From positions 195,664 to 259,663 of the forward strand of contig JBGSXW010000005.1 of the NCBI GenBank assembly GCA_041751215.1: a stretch of DNA of 64,000 nt, given 5' to 3'. The position numbers were made by a program, and so were the translations under genes. Positions 52,928 through 61,078 of the stretch are shown here, piece after piece. This DNA is from Candidatus Saccharimonadales bacterium. GTDB taxonomy: Bacteria > Patescibacteriota > Saccharimonadia > Saccharimonadales > JBGSXW01. Each line of letters starts with the position of its first letter. The first letter of the stretch is position 1. The notes under the pieces were generated by a model. The model made no database searches. It was given only the letters and a program-made list of their open reading frames with translations, and had not been told where the DNA came from.

Positions 52928-53251
52928 TTACTTAGTCCGCTTCGGACGATCTTCTGACAAAGGACTTAGGAGTATGGTTAAAAGGAATCCAACGATTAAC
53001 GCTACTAGTGTATAAGCTAACATTGCAAACAGAGTTGAAAATTCTAGTACATACCCGCCCTCGACGTTTTGCTGAGGGAATATCCCTCTGAACGGAGCCA
53101 ACACATCACCTGATGTGCGGTAAATCCATTCTACGAAGTCGTTACTTGCGTTTGCACCAAAGAGTTTGAGTACAAATCTAAGGCCCAGTAGGGTCAGAGC
53201 AATCGCTAGGATTACCCCGACCAAACTGTTAACAAATCGGCCTAGGTCCAT
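52928..53251 (-). CDS. YggT-like membrane protein
   Basis: 107 aa with 2 TM segments. LRFVLKLFGANASNDFVEWIYRTSGDVLAPFRGIFP resembles the YggT family. Confidence 0.5.
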   Translation of the reverse strand: MDLGRFVNSLVGVILAIALTLLGLRFVLKLFGANASNDFVEWIYRTSGDVLAPFRGIFPQQNVEGGYVLEFSTLFAMLAYTLVALIVGFLLTILLSPLSEDRPKRTK

Positions 53252-53484
53252 GAAGCCTCCTTTTGTTGTAGCAACTGCTTTCTTCGGATCTCTTTTAATT
53301 GAATGCCTCTTTCTATGCGAGCAGCGCTGCGCAAGCGATTCTGATTGGCTGCGATCAACAAAGCTCGGCCCACCACTCTCATTAACTTATGAATTGGCAT
53401 TTTTGCCTCTCGCGGCGCCTCATGCTCGCTGTTATAAAGTGGCTCCACGATGTACTTAGGTTGAAATTCATTACTCTCTTGCAT
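53242..53484 (-). CDS. hypothetical small protein
   Basis: 80 aa. It overlaps both neighbours by a few nt, giving an operon-like arrangement. No motif recognised. Confidence 0.35.
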   Translation of the reverse strand: MQESNEFQPKYIVEPLYNSEHEAPREAKMPIHKLMRVVGRALLIAANQNRLRSAARIERGIQLKEIRRKQLLQQKEASWT

Positions 53485-53740
53485 GGTGACGTACTCCCTT
53501 CCATACGAACAGTACGATTACCGCACCGATGAATGCTACTAATAGCTCGCCGATCAACGACATCTCTGAGGTTTCAGCCCCAGTTAGTCCTCGAACCAAG
53601 AAGCCACCAACAAAGGCTCCTAATATACCGACTATGATGTTGCCAAAGCCACCTTGCTCATCATCGGTATTCATTACGATTGATGCTAACCAACCCACAA
53701 GGGCTCCTAGCACAATCCACATTAATATTGATGTAATCAT
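53471..53740 (-). CDS. GlsB/YeaQ/YmgE family stress-response membrane protein
   Basis: 89 aa. WIVLGALVGWLASIVM and GNIIVGILGAFVGGFL are typical Gly-zipper TM helices of this family. Confidence 0.8.
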   Translation of the reverse strand: MITSILMWIVLGALVGWLASIVMNTDDEQGGFGNIIVGILGAFVGGFLVRGLTGAETSEMSLIGELLVAFIGAVIVLFVWKGVRHHARE

Positions 53741-53896
53741 CTTCCCTCCTTATTTATTAGCAACGGGAGGGGCGACTTAATTGCACCCCCGTTACCCATT
53801 GCTACCTCATAGTAACCAAGTTAATAAGGCTGCGCAGTTTCCTACTTCATAGGCAGCATGAGACAATGTACACACTGACTAAGTGAGGTATTTAAC

Positions 53897-54538
53897 ATGA
53901 AGAAAGTTGAGTCCTTCTTTGGAGACGGCACCCAGAGAGAATACCCAAACAAGCAAATCATTTTATACCAGGGCGAAAAAGCCCACGATATTTATCAAAT
54001 AAAAAGCGGATATATAAAGGCATACAACATAAACAGCCAGGGAACCGAGCAGCTTCTTCTCATATTGGGTCCTGGAGATATATATCCTCTCATCTGGTCT
54101 TATAAGAAGCCACCAATCAGCCATTATTTTTATGAAACAATTGGCGATACAGCAATTTCAGTAATAAGTCGCGAAGACTTCTTTGAAAAAATTGATGGCG
54201 ATCATGTAGCCACGAAAGAGCTTCTGTATTATTTCGCAGAGCAGTGGATGAACTTAATGTCTCGCCTTGAGACCATCGAAGCTTCCGATGCCAGCCATAA
54301 AGTTAAGCAGGTCTTTGCGTATCTAACCTTGGCGCATGCAAATCGAAAAGTAGACGGAAAAGCGCGGATTAAGGTCCAGCTAACGCAGCAACATGTAGCG
54401 GACATGGCAGGAGTTACAAGAGAGACCGCCAATGTTCAAATAAGGGAGCTTATGGCGGCAAAAATTTGCGAATACGATAAAGACGGACTTTTCGTCGTAG
54501 ACAGTAAGGCGTTAAACAAAGCTATCGAGAAGAGCTAA
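53897..54538 (+). CDS. Crp/Fnr family transcriptional regulator
   Basis: 213 aa. The N-terminal cNMP-binding beta-barrel is ILYQGEKAHDIYQIKSGYIKAY. The C-terminal HTH is QQHVADMAGVTRETANVQIRELM. Confidence 0.85.
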   Translation: MKKVESFFGDGTQREYPNKQIILYQGEKAHDIYQIKSGYIKAYNINSQGTEQLLLILGPGDIYPLIWSYKKPPISHYFYETIGDTAISVISREDFFEKIDGDHVATKELLYYFAEQWMNLMSRLETIEASDASHKVKQVFAYLTLAHANRKVDGKARIKVQLTQQHVADMAGVTRETANVQIRELMAAKICEYDKDGLFVVDSKALNKAIEKS

Positions 54539-54948
54539 GGTTGCTCGCGACCGCTTAAAAAGTCTAGCCAGGCGTTAAAGTTCGACGTTACCCCAGTTTG
54601 CTCGGGTAGCGGTGTTGGAGCTGATAGGTCCTCTTCAAAGGTAATTTCTGGATTAATGTCTTTTGGCAGTAAAACCACAGACTCGTTTGTATCCGCCTTG
54701 TTGAACTTGGCCCTGGCTTCTAATTCTAAAAATGCGTCGGTCTTAAAGTATTCGATGTTGAGCTTAAGATTGATATTCTCAAGATCCAACAGAGCCACTT
54801 CTTCTTCTAAAGTTTGAACCTGCTGCTGCAGATCGTAGTTTTTTTGGATAACCTTAATAGTGCTCCAAGAAAGCGAAAAGGCAATTAAAATAAACAAAAA
54901 GAAAGTTATGTTTTTGGTCTCAAAATAGGTGCGGAGTTTTTCTAGCAT
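54535..54948 (-). CDS. FtsB/DivIC-like septum formation initiator
   Basis: 137 aa. An N-terminal TM segment is followed by a leucine-zipper coiled coil (QQQVQTLEEEVALLDLENINLKLNIEY). Confidence 0.6.
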   Translation of the reverse strand: MLEKLRTYFETKNITFFLFILIAFSLSWSTIKVIQKNYDLQQQVQTLEEEVALLDLENINLKLNIEYFKTDAFLELEARAKFNKADTNESVVLLPKDINPEITFEEDLSAPTPLPEQTGVTSNFNAWLDFLSGREQP

Positions 54949-54999
54949 GTTTGTTTAAGTTTAACGTGACATAATTATAGCATCTTTAAGGAGTTAGCA

Positions 55000-55551
55000 A
55001 TGAGCCTGGATAGCAATAAACGCTGGAAGAAGCTAAGCGAGAAAGTCCTGCTTGAGAATAAGTGGATTAACGTGGTTGAAGACGAAGTTCAAACGCCGAG
55101 CGGCCACCGCACCAAGTACATTCGACTCGTCAATACAAAAGATGCCGTTACTGTTATTGCCATCAACAATCAAGATGAGGTTTTGCTCCAGCGACAGTAT
55201 TCGTATCCGTTAGATAAGGTAATTCTAGAAATGCCAGGCGGCGGAGTAGACGGCAACGAAACTCTAGAGTCAGCTGCGGCTCGGGAACTTGCCGAAGAAA
55301 CTGGCTACAGCGCAAAGCAATTCAAACATTTAGGCAGCTATTATATGGCTAACCGACGCCACAACGCCAAGATGCACGTCTTTTTAGCCAAGGATCTATC
55401 TAAAGGCAAAAGCAGCCTGGACGAGACTGAAGATATCGAAGTTCAGTGGCATAAGGTCTCAGACATCGATCGAATGATTCTGAGCGGCGAAATTGAGAAC
55501 GGATCACTGGTAGCCGCTTGGGCTTATTTTCGCGTCCACATGCGTAGTTAG
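55000..55551 (+). CDS. NUDIX hydrolase (ADP-ribose pyrophosphatase-like)
   Basis: The Nudix box is GGGVDGNETLESAAARELAEETG. Confidence 0.85.
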   Translation: MSLDSNKRWKKLSEKVLLENKWINVVEDEVQTPSGHRTKYIRLVNTKDAVTVIAINNQDEVLLQRQYSYPLDKVILEMPGGGVDGNETLESAAARELAEETGYSAKQFKHLGSYYMANRRHNAKMHVFLAKDLSKGKSSLDETEDIEVQWHKVSDIDRMILSGEIENGSLVAAWAYFRVHMRS

Positions 55552-55579
55552 ATCTGTTATACTCATCTCTGTTAGACGT

Positions 55580-55655
55580 GGGGGCGTAGCTCAGTGGTTA
55601 GAGCAGCCGGCTCATAACTGGTTGGTCGTAGGTTCAAGTCCTACCGCCCCCACCA
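55580..55655 (+). tRNA. tRNA with anticodon CAU, elongator type (Met, or Ile2 if lysidine-modified)
   Basis: The 76-nt cloverleaf reads GGGGGCG TA GCTC AGTGGTTA GAGC A GCCGG CTCATAA CTGGT TGGTC GTAGG TTCAAGT CCTAC CGCCCCC A CCA. Position 1:72 is paired and there is no GGG/CCC anticodon stem. Confidence 0.88.
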
Positions 55656-55674
55656 ATTCTTGAAAGGAAGCCCC

Positions 55675-57033
55675 ATGGCCAAGATAGACAGCAAGAAACT
55701 AGCCAATGCACTTAACTACCTAGACCGCTGGCTTGAGTTTAACGCTCAAGATTCTGAACACCTGGTTGGCGTGTCTGTGGCAATTCAACATAAGGACAAG
55801 ATCGTCTTTTCAAAGGCCTATGGTTATGCAAATTTGCAAAGCAAAGAGAAGATGACTCCAGATCATGCCTTTCGCATTGCTTCTCACTCTAAAACTTTTA
55901 CAGCCACCGCAATCTCACTTCTTTACGAACAAGGAAAACTGAGGCTAGATGACAAGGTCAGCGCTCATCTTGAATGGTTCCGCTCCGAGAACGATCCAGA
56001 AGTTGCCAACATCACTATCCGAGAGTTGCTCAATCACACATCTGGATTAAGCAGAGATAGTGAAGATGCCGACTTCTGGCAAAACAAACGAGCTTTTCCT
56101 GACGACAATGAGCTTAAAGAATACATAAAGACCGCCAAGCTGGTCATTCCTAGAAATGCTAGGTTCAAGTATTCAAATTATGGCTATGGTTATCTGGGTA
56201 TGGTGGTGACTGCGGCTAGCGGACAAACCTATAACGAGTTCGTTACCGAAAACATTATCAAGCCATTGGCCCTGAAACGCACCGCTCCTGAGCTTGATGA
56301 CCGCTTTGAAGAAATTGGCGCGACTGGTTACGGAAACAACTTCTTTGGACAGGGCCGAGAAGAAATGAAAAATCGAAACACCAAAGCTCTATCCTCGGCG
56401 GCTGGTTTTTACTCAACTGCCGAAGAAATGTGTAAGTTCTATGCGTCTCACTTTCATGGCAACGAATCTTTACTAAAAGACTCTACCAAGCGCGAAGTTC
56501 ATCACGGCTATTGGGAGGTTGGTAATAACAGCGGGCGATACGGTCTTGGTTTTGAAAACATTGATACCTCGGGCAACACGTGGGTTAGTCACGGTGGTGG
56601 CTTTCCCGGCTTCATTACCAACACACGCTTCTTGCCCGAGGAAGAACTAGTTATTGTGGTTTTGACCAACAATAATGGCAGCCCGCTTCTATTTATAAAA
56701 CAAGGCATAACCTCGATCATTAATTACTTTCAAATCACATCGCCAGACCATAAGGGTTTGGAGAAGTTGCAGGGTCGGTTTGAAAGCCTATGGGAAGTAT
56801 GCGATGTCCTAAATGTTAACGGCAAACTTGTTAAAATTGAGCCTCGTTTCTGGACGTCTTTTGACGACCCCGACTGTCTTGAGCCTACTAAGGACAGCAA
56901 TGCATTTCTACTTAAGACTGATTACGGTTTTTCCTCGCCGGAAGAAAAAGTTGAGTTTAGCTTTAACGATGACGGCAAGTTGTCCGGAATGAACTATGCC
57001 GGTACAAGCATGAAGTTTAAAGAAAAGCTTTAA
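55675..57033 (+). CDS. serine hydrolase (beta-lactamase/DD-peptidase, class C-like family)
   Basis: SxxK is ASHSKTF, YxN is YSNYGY, and the third box is HGGGFPG. ATG 55675 after AAAGGAAG is preferred over TTG 55660. Confidence 0.8.
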   Translation: MAKIDSKKLANALNYLDRWLEFNAQDSEHLVGVSVAIQHKDKIVFSKAYGYANLQSKEKMTPDHAFRIASHSKTFTATAISLLYEQGKLRLDDKVSAHLEWFRSENDPEVANITIRELLNHTSGLSRDSEDADFWQNKRAFPDDNELKEYIKTAKLVIPRNARFKYSNYGYGYLGMVVTAASGQTYNEFVTENIIKPLALKRTAPELDDRFEEIGATGYGNNFFGQGREEMKNRNTKALSSAAGFYSTAEEMCKFYASHFHGNESLLKDSTKREVHHGYWEVGNNSGRYGLGFENIDTSGNTWVSHGGGFPGFITNTRFLPEEELVIVVLTNNNGSPLLFIKQGITSIINYFQITSPDHKGLEKLQGRFESLWEVCDVLNVNGKLVKIEPRFWTSFDDPDCLEPTKDSNAFLLKTDYGFSSPEEKVEFSFNDDGKLSGMNYAGTSMKFKEKL

Positions 57034-57440
57034 TGAAAGCATTTATAGCCTACCGGCATACCGGCGAGAAGGAAGAAGATTTGCGTCAGCTTCTGACTGT
57101 GGTTTGTGATGCGCTAAAAAGTGCTGGGGTCGATAATTACTGCACCTTTTTTGACGAAGAGAACTTTAAGGCTCGCAGCAATTCTGCTCGCGAAATAATG
57201 GATCACGCCTTCGAGATTCTAGAAAACTCAGACGTTTTATTCGTGGTTCAAACCTCCAATGAAAAAAGCGAAGGCATGCTAATGGAAGTTGGTTTTGCTC
57301 GAGCCAGGGGAATCAGGGTTGTTGTTGCAACCAAGGACGGCGTAAGCAACAGCTATTTGCCCGCAATGGGCGATCTAAACTTTGGCTGGTCTGATCACTC
57401 AGATCTCAGTGCTAAAATTGCCGAACTGAACCTAGCCTAA
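57033..57440 (+). CDS. nucleoside 2-deoxyribosyltransferase-like (flavodoxin-fold) protein
   Basis: 135 aa. SDVLFVVQTSNEKSEGMLMEVGFARARGIRVVV resembles the NDT/Rcl motif with a conserved Glu. The N-terminal KAFIAYRH also recalls TIR-like domains. Its start overlaps the upstream stop by 1 nt. Confidence 0.45.
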   Translation: MKAFIAYRHTGEKEEDLRQLLTVVCDALKSAGVDNYCTFFDEENFKARSNSAREIMDHAFEILENSDVLFVVQTSNEKSEGMLMEVGFARARGIRVVVATKDGVSNSYLPAMGDLNFGWSDHSDLSAKIAELNLA

Positions 57441-58814
57441 CTGGGCACAGGCTACGCGCACGGCCTCTGACCAAGTCGGAAAAGCGTGGATGGTGCTAGC
57501 AACGTCATCGGCAGTCAGGCCGTGATTGATAGCCAAACCGAGTTCGTGAATCATTTCACCGGCGCGCGGCGCAACTATAGCAGCGCCAATAATCTTTTTG
57601 GATTGTTTAGATACGATGACTTTAACAAAACCATCCCTAAAGTTGGACGTGTTTGAGCGACCAATAACCGAGATTGGGACTACAACCTTCTCGACTGAGA
57701 TTTTTTGCTGAGCGATTTCAAATTCGGTTAAACCAACGGCTGCAACTTCAGGCCATGTAAAGATACATCGGGGCACAGCCTTATAGCTAGCCGATACCTT
57801 ATTGCTGCTAAACATATTATGGGCGGCAATGCGGCTCTGGTAAGAAGCCATGTGCGTAAATGCGAACGGCCCGGCTACGTCACCGGCAGCGTAAATGTGT
57901 TTGGCCGAAGTTTGCATCCGATCATTAACCTTGATTCCGCGGGCATCATACTTAACGCCGGCGTTCTCGAGGCCCAAATCGGTGTTCGGGCGCATACCAG
58001 CAGCTAGCAAAATCTCATCAGCGCGAACAGTTTTAGTTTTGCCGCTAGACTCCCACGACACGACCTTTTTTCCTTTTTCCATGCGAATTCCGGATACGTT
58101 GGCTCCAACCTGAACATCGATGCCATCAGCTTCAAACAAGTCTTTAATTATGTCTCCAACTTCTGGATCTTCGTGAGCAATTAAACGGGAGAGTCGCTCC
58201 AAGATCACAACTTTGCTGCCAAAACTGTTAAAAATATGGGCAAACTCGCAGCCAATTGGCCCGCCGCCAATAATTACTAGCGTGTGCGGTGGTTTTAAGT
58301 CGATGGCCTGACGGTGAGTTATAAAGCCAGCATCACCCAAACCTGGAATAGGCGGCACAGCATTGGTTGTTCCAGTAGCTAAGATGAATTTGCGCGCACT
58401 AAAGCGACGTCCGCCAACTGATATCTCATAAGGTGACAAAAAGTGAGCGCGGCCTTTAATGACATGAATTCCATCCTCTTCGTACATGGCCTCACCGTGA
58501 TCTACTCCAGTGCGGGCAATAGCCTTATCTTTCCAGCGCATGATCGCAGTGTGGTTAGCCGTTACCCCAGGAGAGCGGATACCAAAAGCGTTGCCCTTGA
58601 GCGCTGTATTAAAAGTATCAGCTGCTTGCAGCAACGCCTTAGTCGGTACGCAGCCATAATTTGGACATTCGCCTCCGGGCTTATCTTCTTCGACAATGGC
58701 AACCTTTTTTCCTTGGCCGGCAATAATATGAGACGCCACGCTACCACCAGCACCGCTGCCAATTGCAATTAAGTCATAGTCAAAGACATCGGGTTTGCGC
58801 CCACCCATGACCAT
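57432..58814 (-). CDS. class I FAD-dependent pyridine nucleotide-disulfide oxidoreductase (dihydrolipoyl dehydrogenase/glutathione reductase family)
   Basis: The FAD motif is AIGSGAGGS and the redox-active disulfide is GGECPNYGCVPTK. The NAD motif is IIGGGPIGCEFA, and the C-terminal dimer-interface segment is HAFPTWSEA. Confidence 0.85.
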   Translation of the reverse strand: MVMGGRKPDVFDYDLIAIGSGAGGSVASHIIAGQGKKVAIVEEDKPGGECPNYGCVPTKALLQAADTFNTALKGNAFGIRSPGVTANHTAIMRWKDKAIARTGVDHGEAMYEEDGIHVIKGRAHFLSPYEISVGGRRFSARKFILATGTTNAVPPIPGLGDAGFITHRQAIDLKPPHTLVIIGGGPIGCEFAHIFNSFGSKVVILERLSRLIAHEDPEVGDIIKDLFEADGIDVQVGANVSGIRMEKGKKVVSWESSGKTKTVRADEILLAAGMRPNTDLGLENAGVKYDARGIKVNDRMQTSAKHIYAAGDVAGPFAFTHMASYQSRIAAHNMFSSNKVSASYKAVPRCIFTWPEVAAVGLTEFEIAQQKISVEKVVVPISVIGRSNTSNFRDGFVKVIVSKQSKKIIGAAIVAPRAGEMIHELGLAINHGLTADDVASTIHAFPTWSEAVRVACAQLG

Positions 58815-59089
58815 TAGCCTCTTGCCACGTTACGGTGATTGCTGTAGATGTAACCGGCATCTGGCTGAATGACGCCTAAATGTTTTGCGGCGTGTCTAAA
58901 AATGTCTGCAGAAGTTACCTCGTGCTTGTCTCCGAGCCACGCCTCGACATGCTTACAGACCTCACTAGCTATTAATTCAGCCGAGCCTGCTGGTTCGCGA
59001 ACCGCTAAGCAAGCAGCAAAGATGCTAGCGTAGAGCTTTCTTTGATCGTATTGCTCGTTGTGACCGGCTCGCTTAACAATAAGTTTCAT
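58814..59089 (-). CDS. stand-alone ATP-cone domain protein
   Basis: 91 aa. IVKRAGHNEQYDQRKLYASIFAA matches the ATP-cone N-terminal pattern (V-KR-G--E-FD--KI--SI). Its stop overlaps the downstream ATG (TAATG). Confidence 0.65.
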   Translation of the reverse strand: MKLIVKRAGHNEQYDQRKLYASIFAACLAVREPAGSAELIASEVCKHVEAWLGDKHEVTSADIFRHAAKHLGVIQPDAGYIYSNHRNVARG

Positions 59090-59292
59090 CTCGCCCCCTG
59101 AACGCTTCTTGCTTCCAACGAGCCAAGCTCGCTGCGCCCAAGAAGCTTGCGACGCGCCGCTTTGTCACCAGCTCCAGTACTCGGGAGCGGTGCCATTTGC
59201 ACGGCACCACTGCGTGCTTCGCTGCTTCCTCGCTGCACCTTCACTTCAGTGGCCGAGCTGAAATTTTTGCTTGTCTTGGAATAAATACTCAT
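59086..59292 (-). CDS. possible small Ser/Arg-rich ORF
   Basis: It sits between the CcdA-like and ATP-cone genes with an ATGA overlap at its 3' end. There is no SD and no homology signal, so it may not be coding. Confidence 0.25.
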   Translation of the reverse strand: MSIYSKTSKNFSSATEVKVQRGSSEARSGAVQMAPLPSTGAGDKAARRKLLGRSELGSLEARSVQGAR

Positions 59293-59299
59293 ATTGTCA

Positions 59300-60004
59300 T
59301 TACCCAAAGTTAATTGTACCGTTAGCAATCAATATTAGGATCCAGCCGAGCGCTATCAGTAGCGAACCGATTGCCAGGCGCATTCCACCCTTACTTTCTT
59401 CTTTCCATTTGGCAATGTCGCTGACCTTGGTGCCGCCAGCGATTGAAAACAGGATAATAATGAGCGGAGCAACAAATATGAGGTTATAGAGAACCATTAA
59501 CAAGAATGCCCAGATACTAAAATCAACTCTTAGGATTGTAATAATCGCTAGGTAGGGCGCACCGGTGCACGGCAGTTCAACAGCTGCGACAAAGGCACCA
59601 AGCAACATCACACCGTAGACGCTTTTAGTGGAAGTTGAGTACTCATGAATTTTTTTAGCAAAGTAGGGAGGGATCTGTAAGCTCACACCTTTGCCGTACC
59701 AAAAGTAGTCTTTGATTTCGAGCAAACCGGCCAATATCACTAGCGTACCGACGGCGATCGATAGGTACTCGGCAAGTACAATCGGAATCTCGGAAAAGAA
59801 GTAAACCAGACCAAGGCCAGCAATTAAGTAAGTCATAAAGATTGCAAAAATGTAGGCGCTGCCCATGATAACCAGTCTTCTGGTGGAGCCGCCACCGCCT
59901 AGAATCACTGAGACCATCAGAATTAAGACACCAATAGCGCAGGGGTTAACCGAGTCAATCGCGGCTGATCCGACTACTAATCCGAGGGTTGGTAGGTCTA
60001 ACAT
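59300..60004 (-). CDS. ccdA: CcdA/DsbD-family thiol:disulfide transmembrane electron-transfer protein
   Basis: 234 aa with 6 TM segments. Conserved Cys residues lie in DSVNPCAIGVL and VELPCTGAPY. Confidence 0.8.
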   Translation of the reverse strand: MLDLPTLGLVVGSAAIDSVNPCAIGVLILMVSVILGGGGSTRRLVIMGSAYIFAIFMTYLIAGLGLVYFFSEIPIVLAEYLSIAVGTLVILAGLLEIKDYFWYGKGVSLQIPPYFAKKIHEYSTSTKSVYGVMLLGAFVAAVELPCTGAPYLAIITILRVDFSIWAFLLMVLYNLIFVAPLIIILFSIAGGTKVSDIAKWKEESKGGMRLAIGSLLIALGWILILIANGTINFG

Positions 60005-60972
60005 TAAACTTCCTCCCCAGGCTCTGGAGTTACATCTTTGCTGGTACAGAATTCCTTGGCCACATCTGCTTCCACGCCAAACTCAAGGCAGCGATCCACG
60101 TCTCTTACTCCGTATTGCTCGCAGAGTTTGTCGGTTCTATCACGTGCTGGACCAAACTCAAAGATCACGCAATCTCCTGGTGGAATGTTTGGATTGTCGC
60201 GAATCACGTAACTAGCTGGGTCTTCAAGTTTTGTTTGCTCGTAGGTGTTGTCGGTTTCGTTGTATTGATATACAAACACTTGAGCTTCGCTAGGCACACC
60301 GTTACACTCGCCGCCGTTCACAAAGCGTGCGGTTACTTTGCCGTCTTTTTTGACTAAATACGGCTCAATTGCTTCTTGGTTAGTGTCGCTCGGGCCGTCT
60401 CCATCGAGCTCGTCCTCAAAGTAGCGAGATGGTTCGAGCGGGACAATCATACTGTCTTTAGTTATTGAGCCATCTATTACATGCATAAATTTGCCAAGCG
60501 TTGCATCAACTTTTTCATCAACCACCACTCCTTCTAGGTGGATACGACGATCGTCGTGCTCGTGGAGCGTAGCCGTTCCAATCTTATTAGAAAGTCCAGT
60601 TGGGTTTCTAAGTTCCAGTTCGTTATCACATGCCCAGATTTCAATGTCGGCATGCCAGTGAACTGGCCCGCCTGAATCTGAGACCACGTTCAGGTATATC
60701 GTCAAAGACACCAGCAAAGTCGAGACGGCAACCGTAGTAAAGGCAATAAGTACAAAAACCGGAACCATTAACTTTTTTGCCCATTTTCTGCGCTTGAGCA
60801 CCATGCCAAAGGCAATTAACGACACCAAGGCAATGGTACCAATGAGTACGCTGCGCAAAGAAGTGCTAGAAATATCCCCCTCGAGGTCGTAACGGGAAGA
60901 GTAGTCGTAGCCCATTGCATCTTGGGCCGTTGAGGCAAACTTGAAGGCTTTTGCTACTAAATCATTGAACAT
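60004..60972 (-). CDS. membrane-anchored extracytoplasmic Cys-containing protein, unknown function
   Basis: 322 aa with two N-terminal TM segments. The extracytoplasmic domain contains VHWHADIEIWACDNELE and several Cys. Its stop overlaps the ccdA-like start by 1 nt. Confidence 0.5.
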   Translation of the reverse strand: MFNDLVAKAFKFASTAQDAMGYDYSSRYDLEGDISSTSLRSVLIGTIALVSLIAFGMVLKRRKWAKKLMVPVFVLIAFTTVAVSTLLVSLTIYLNVVSDSGGPVHWHADIEIWACDNELELRNPTGLSNKIGTATLHEHDDRRIHLEGVVVDEKVDATLGKFMHVIDGSITKDSMIVPLEPSRYFEDELDGDGPSDTNQEAIEPYLVKKDGKVTARFVNGGECNGVPSEAQVFVYQYNETDNTYEQTKLEDPASYVIRDNPNIPPGDCVIFEFGPARDRTDKLCEQYGVRDVDRCLEFGVEADVAKEFCTSKDVTPEPGEEV

Positions 60973-61078
60973 GTAAGTATATTTTTCTCACTCTAAGACG
61001 TTAAACCGCAAATTGTTAAGCGGACTATTAGCGCTTACGCTTGAGGCCAATATACCATATACTGAGATCTGAAATAAG

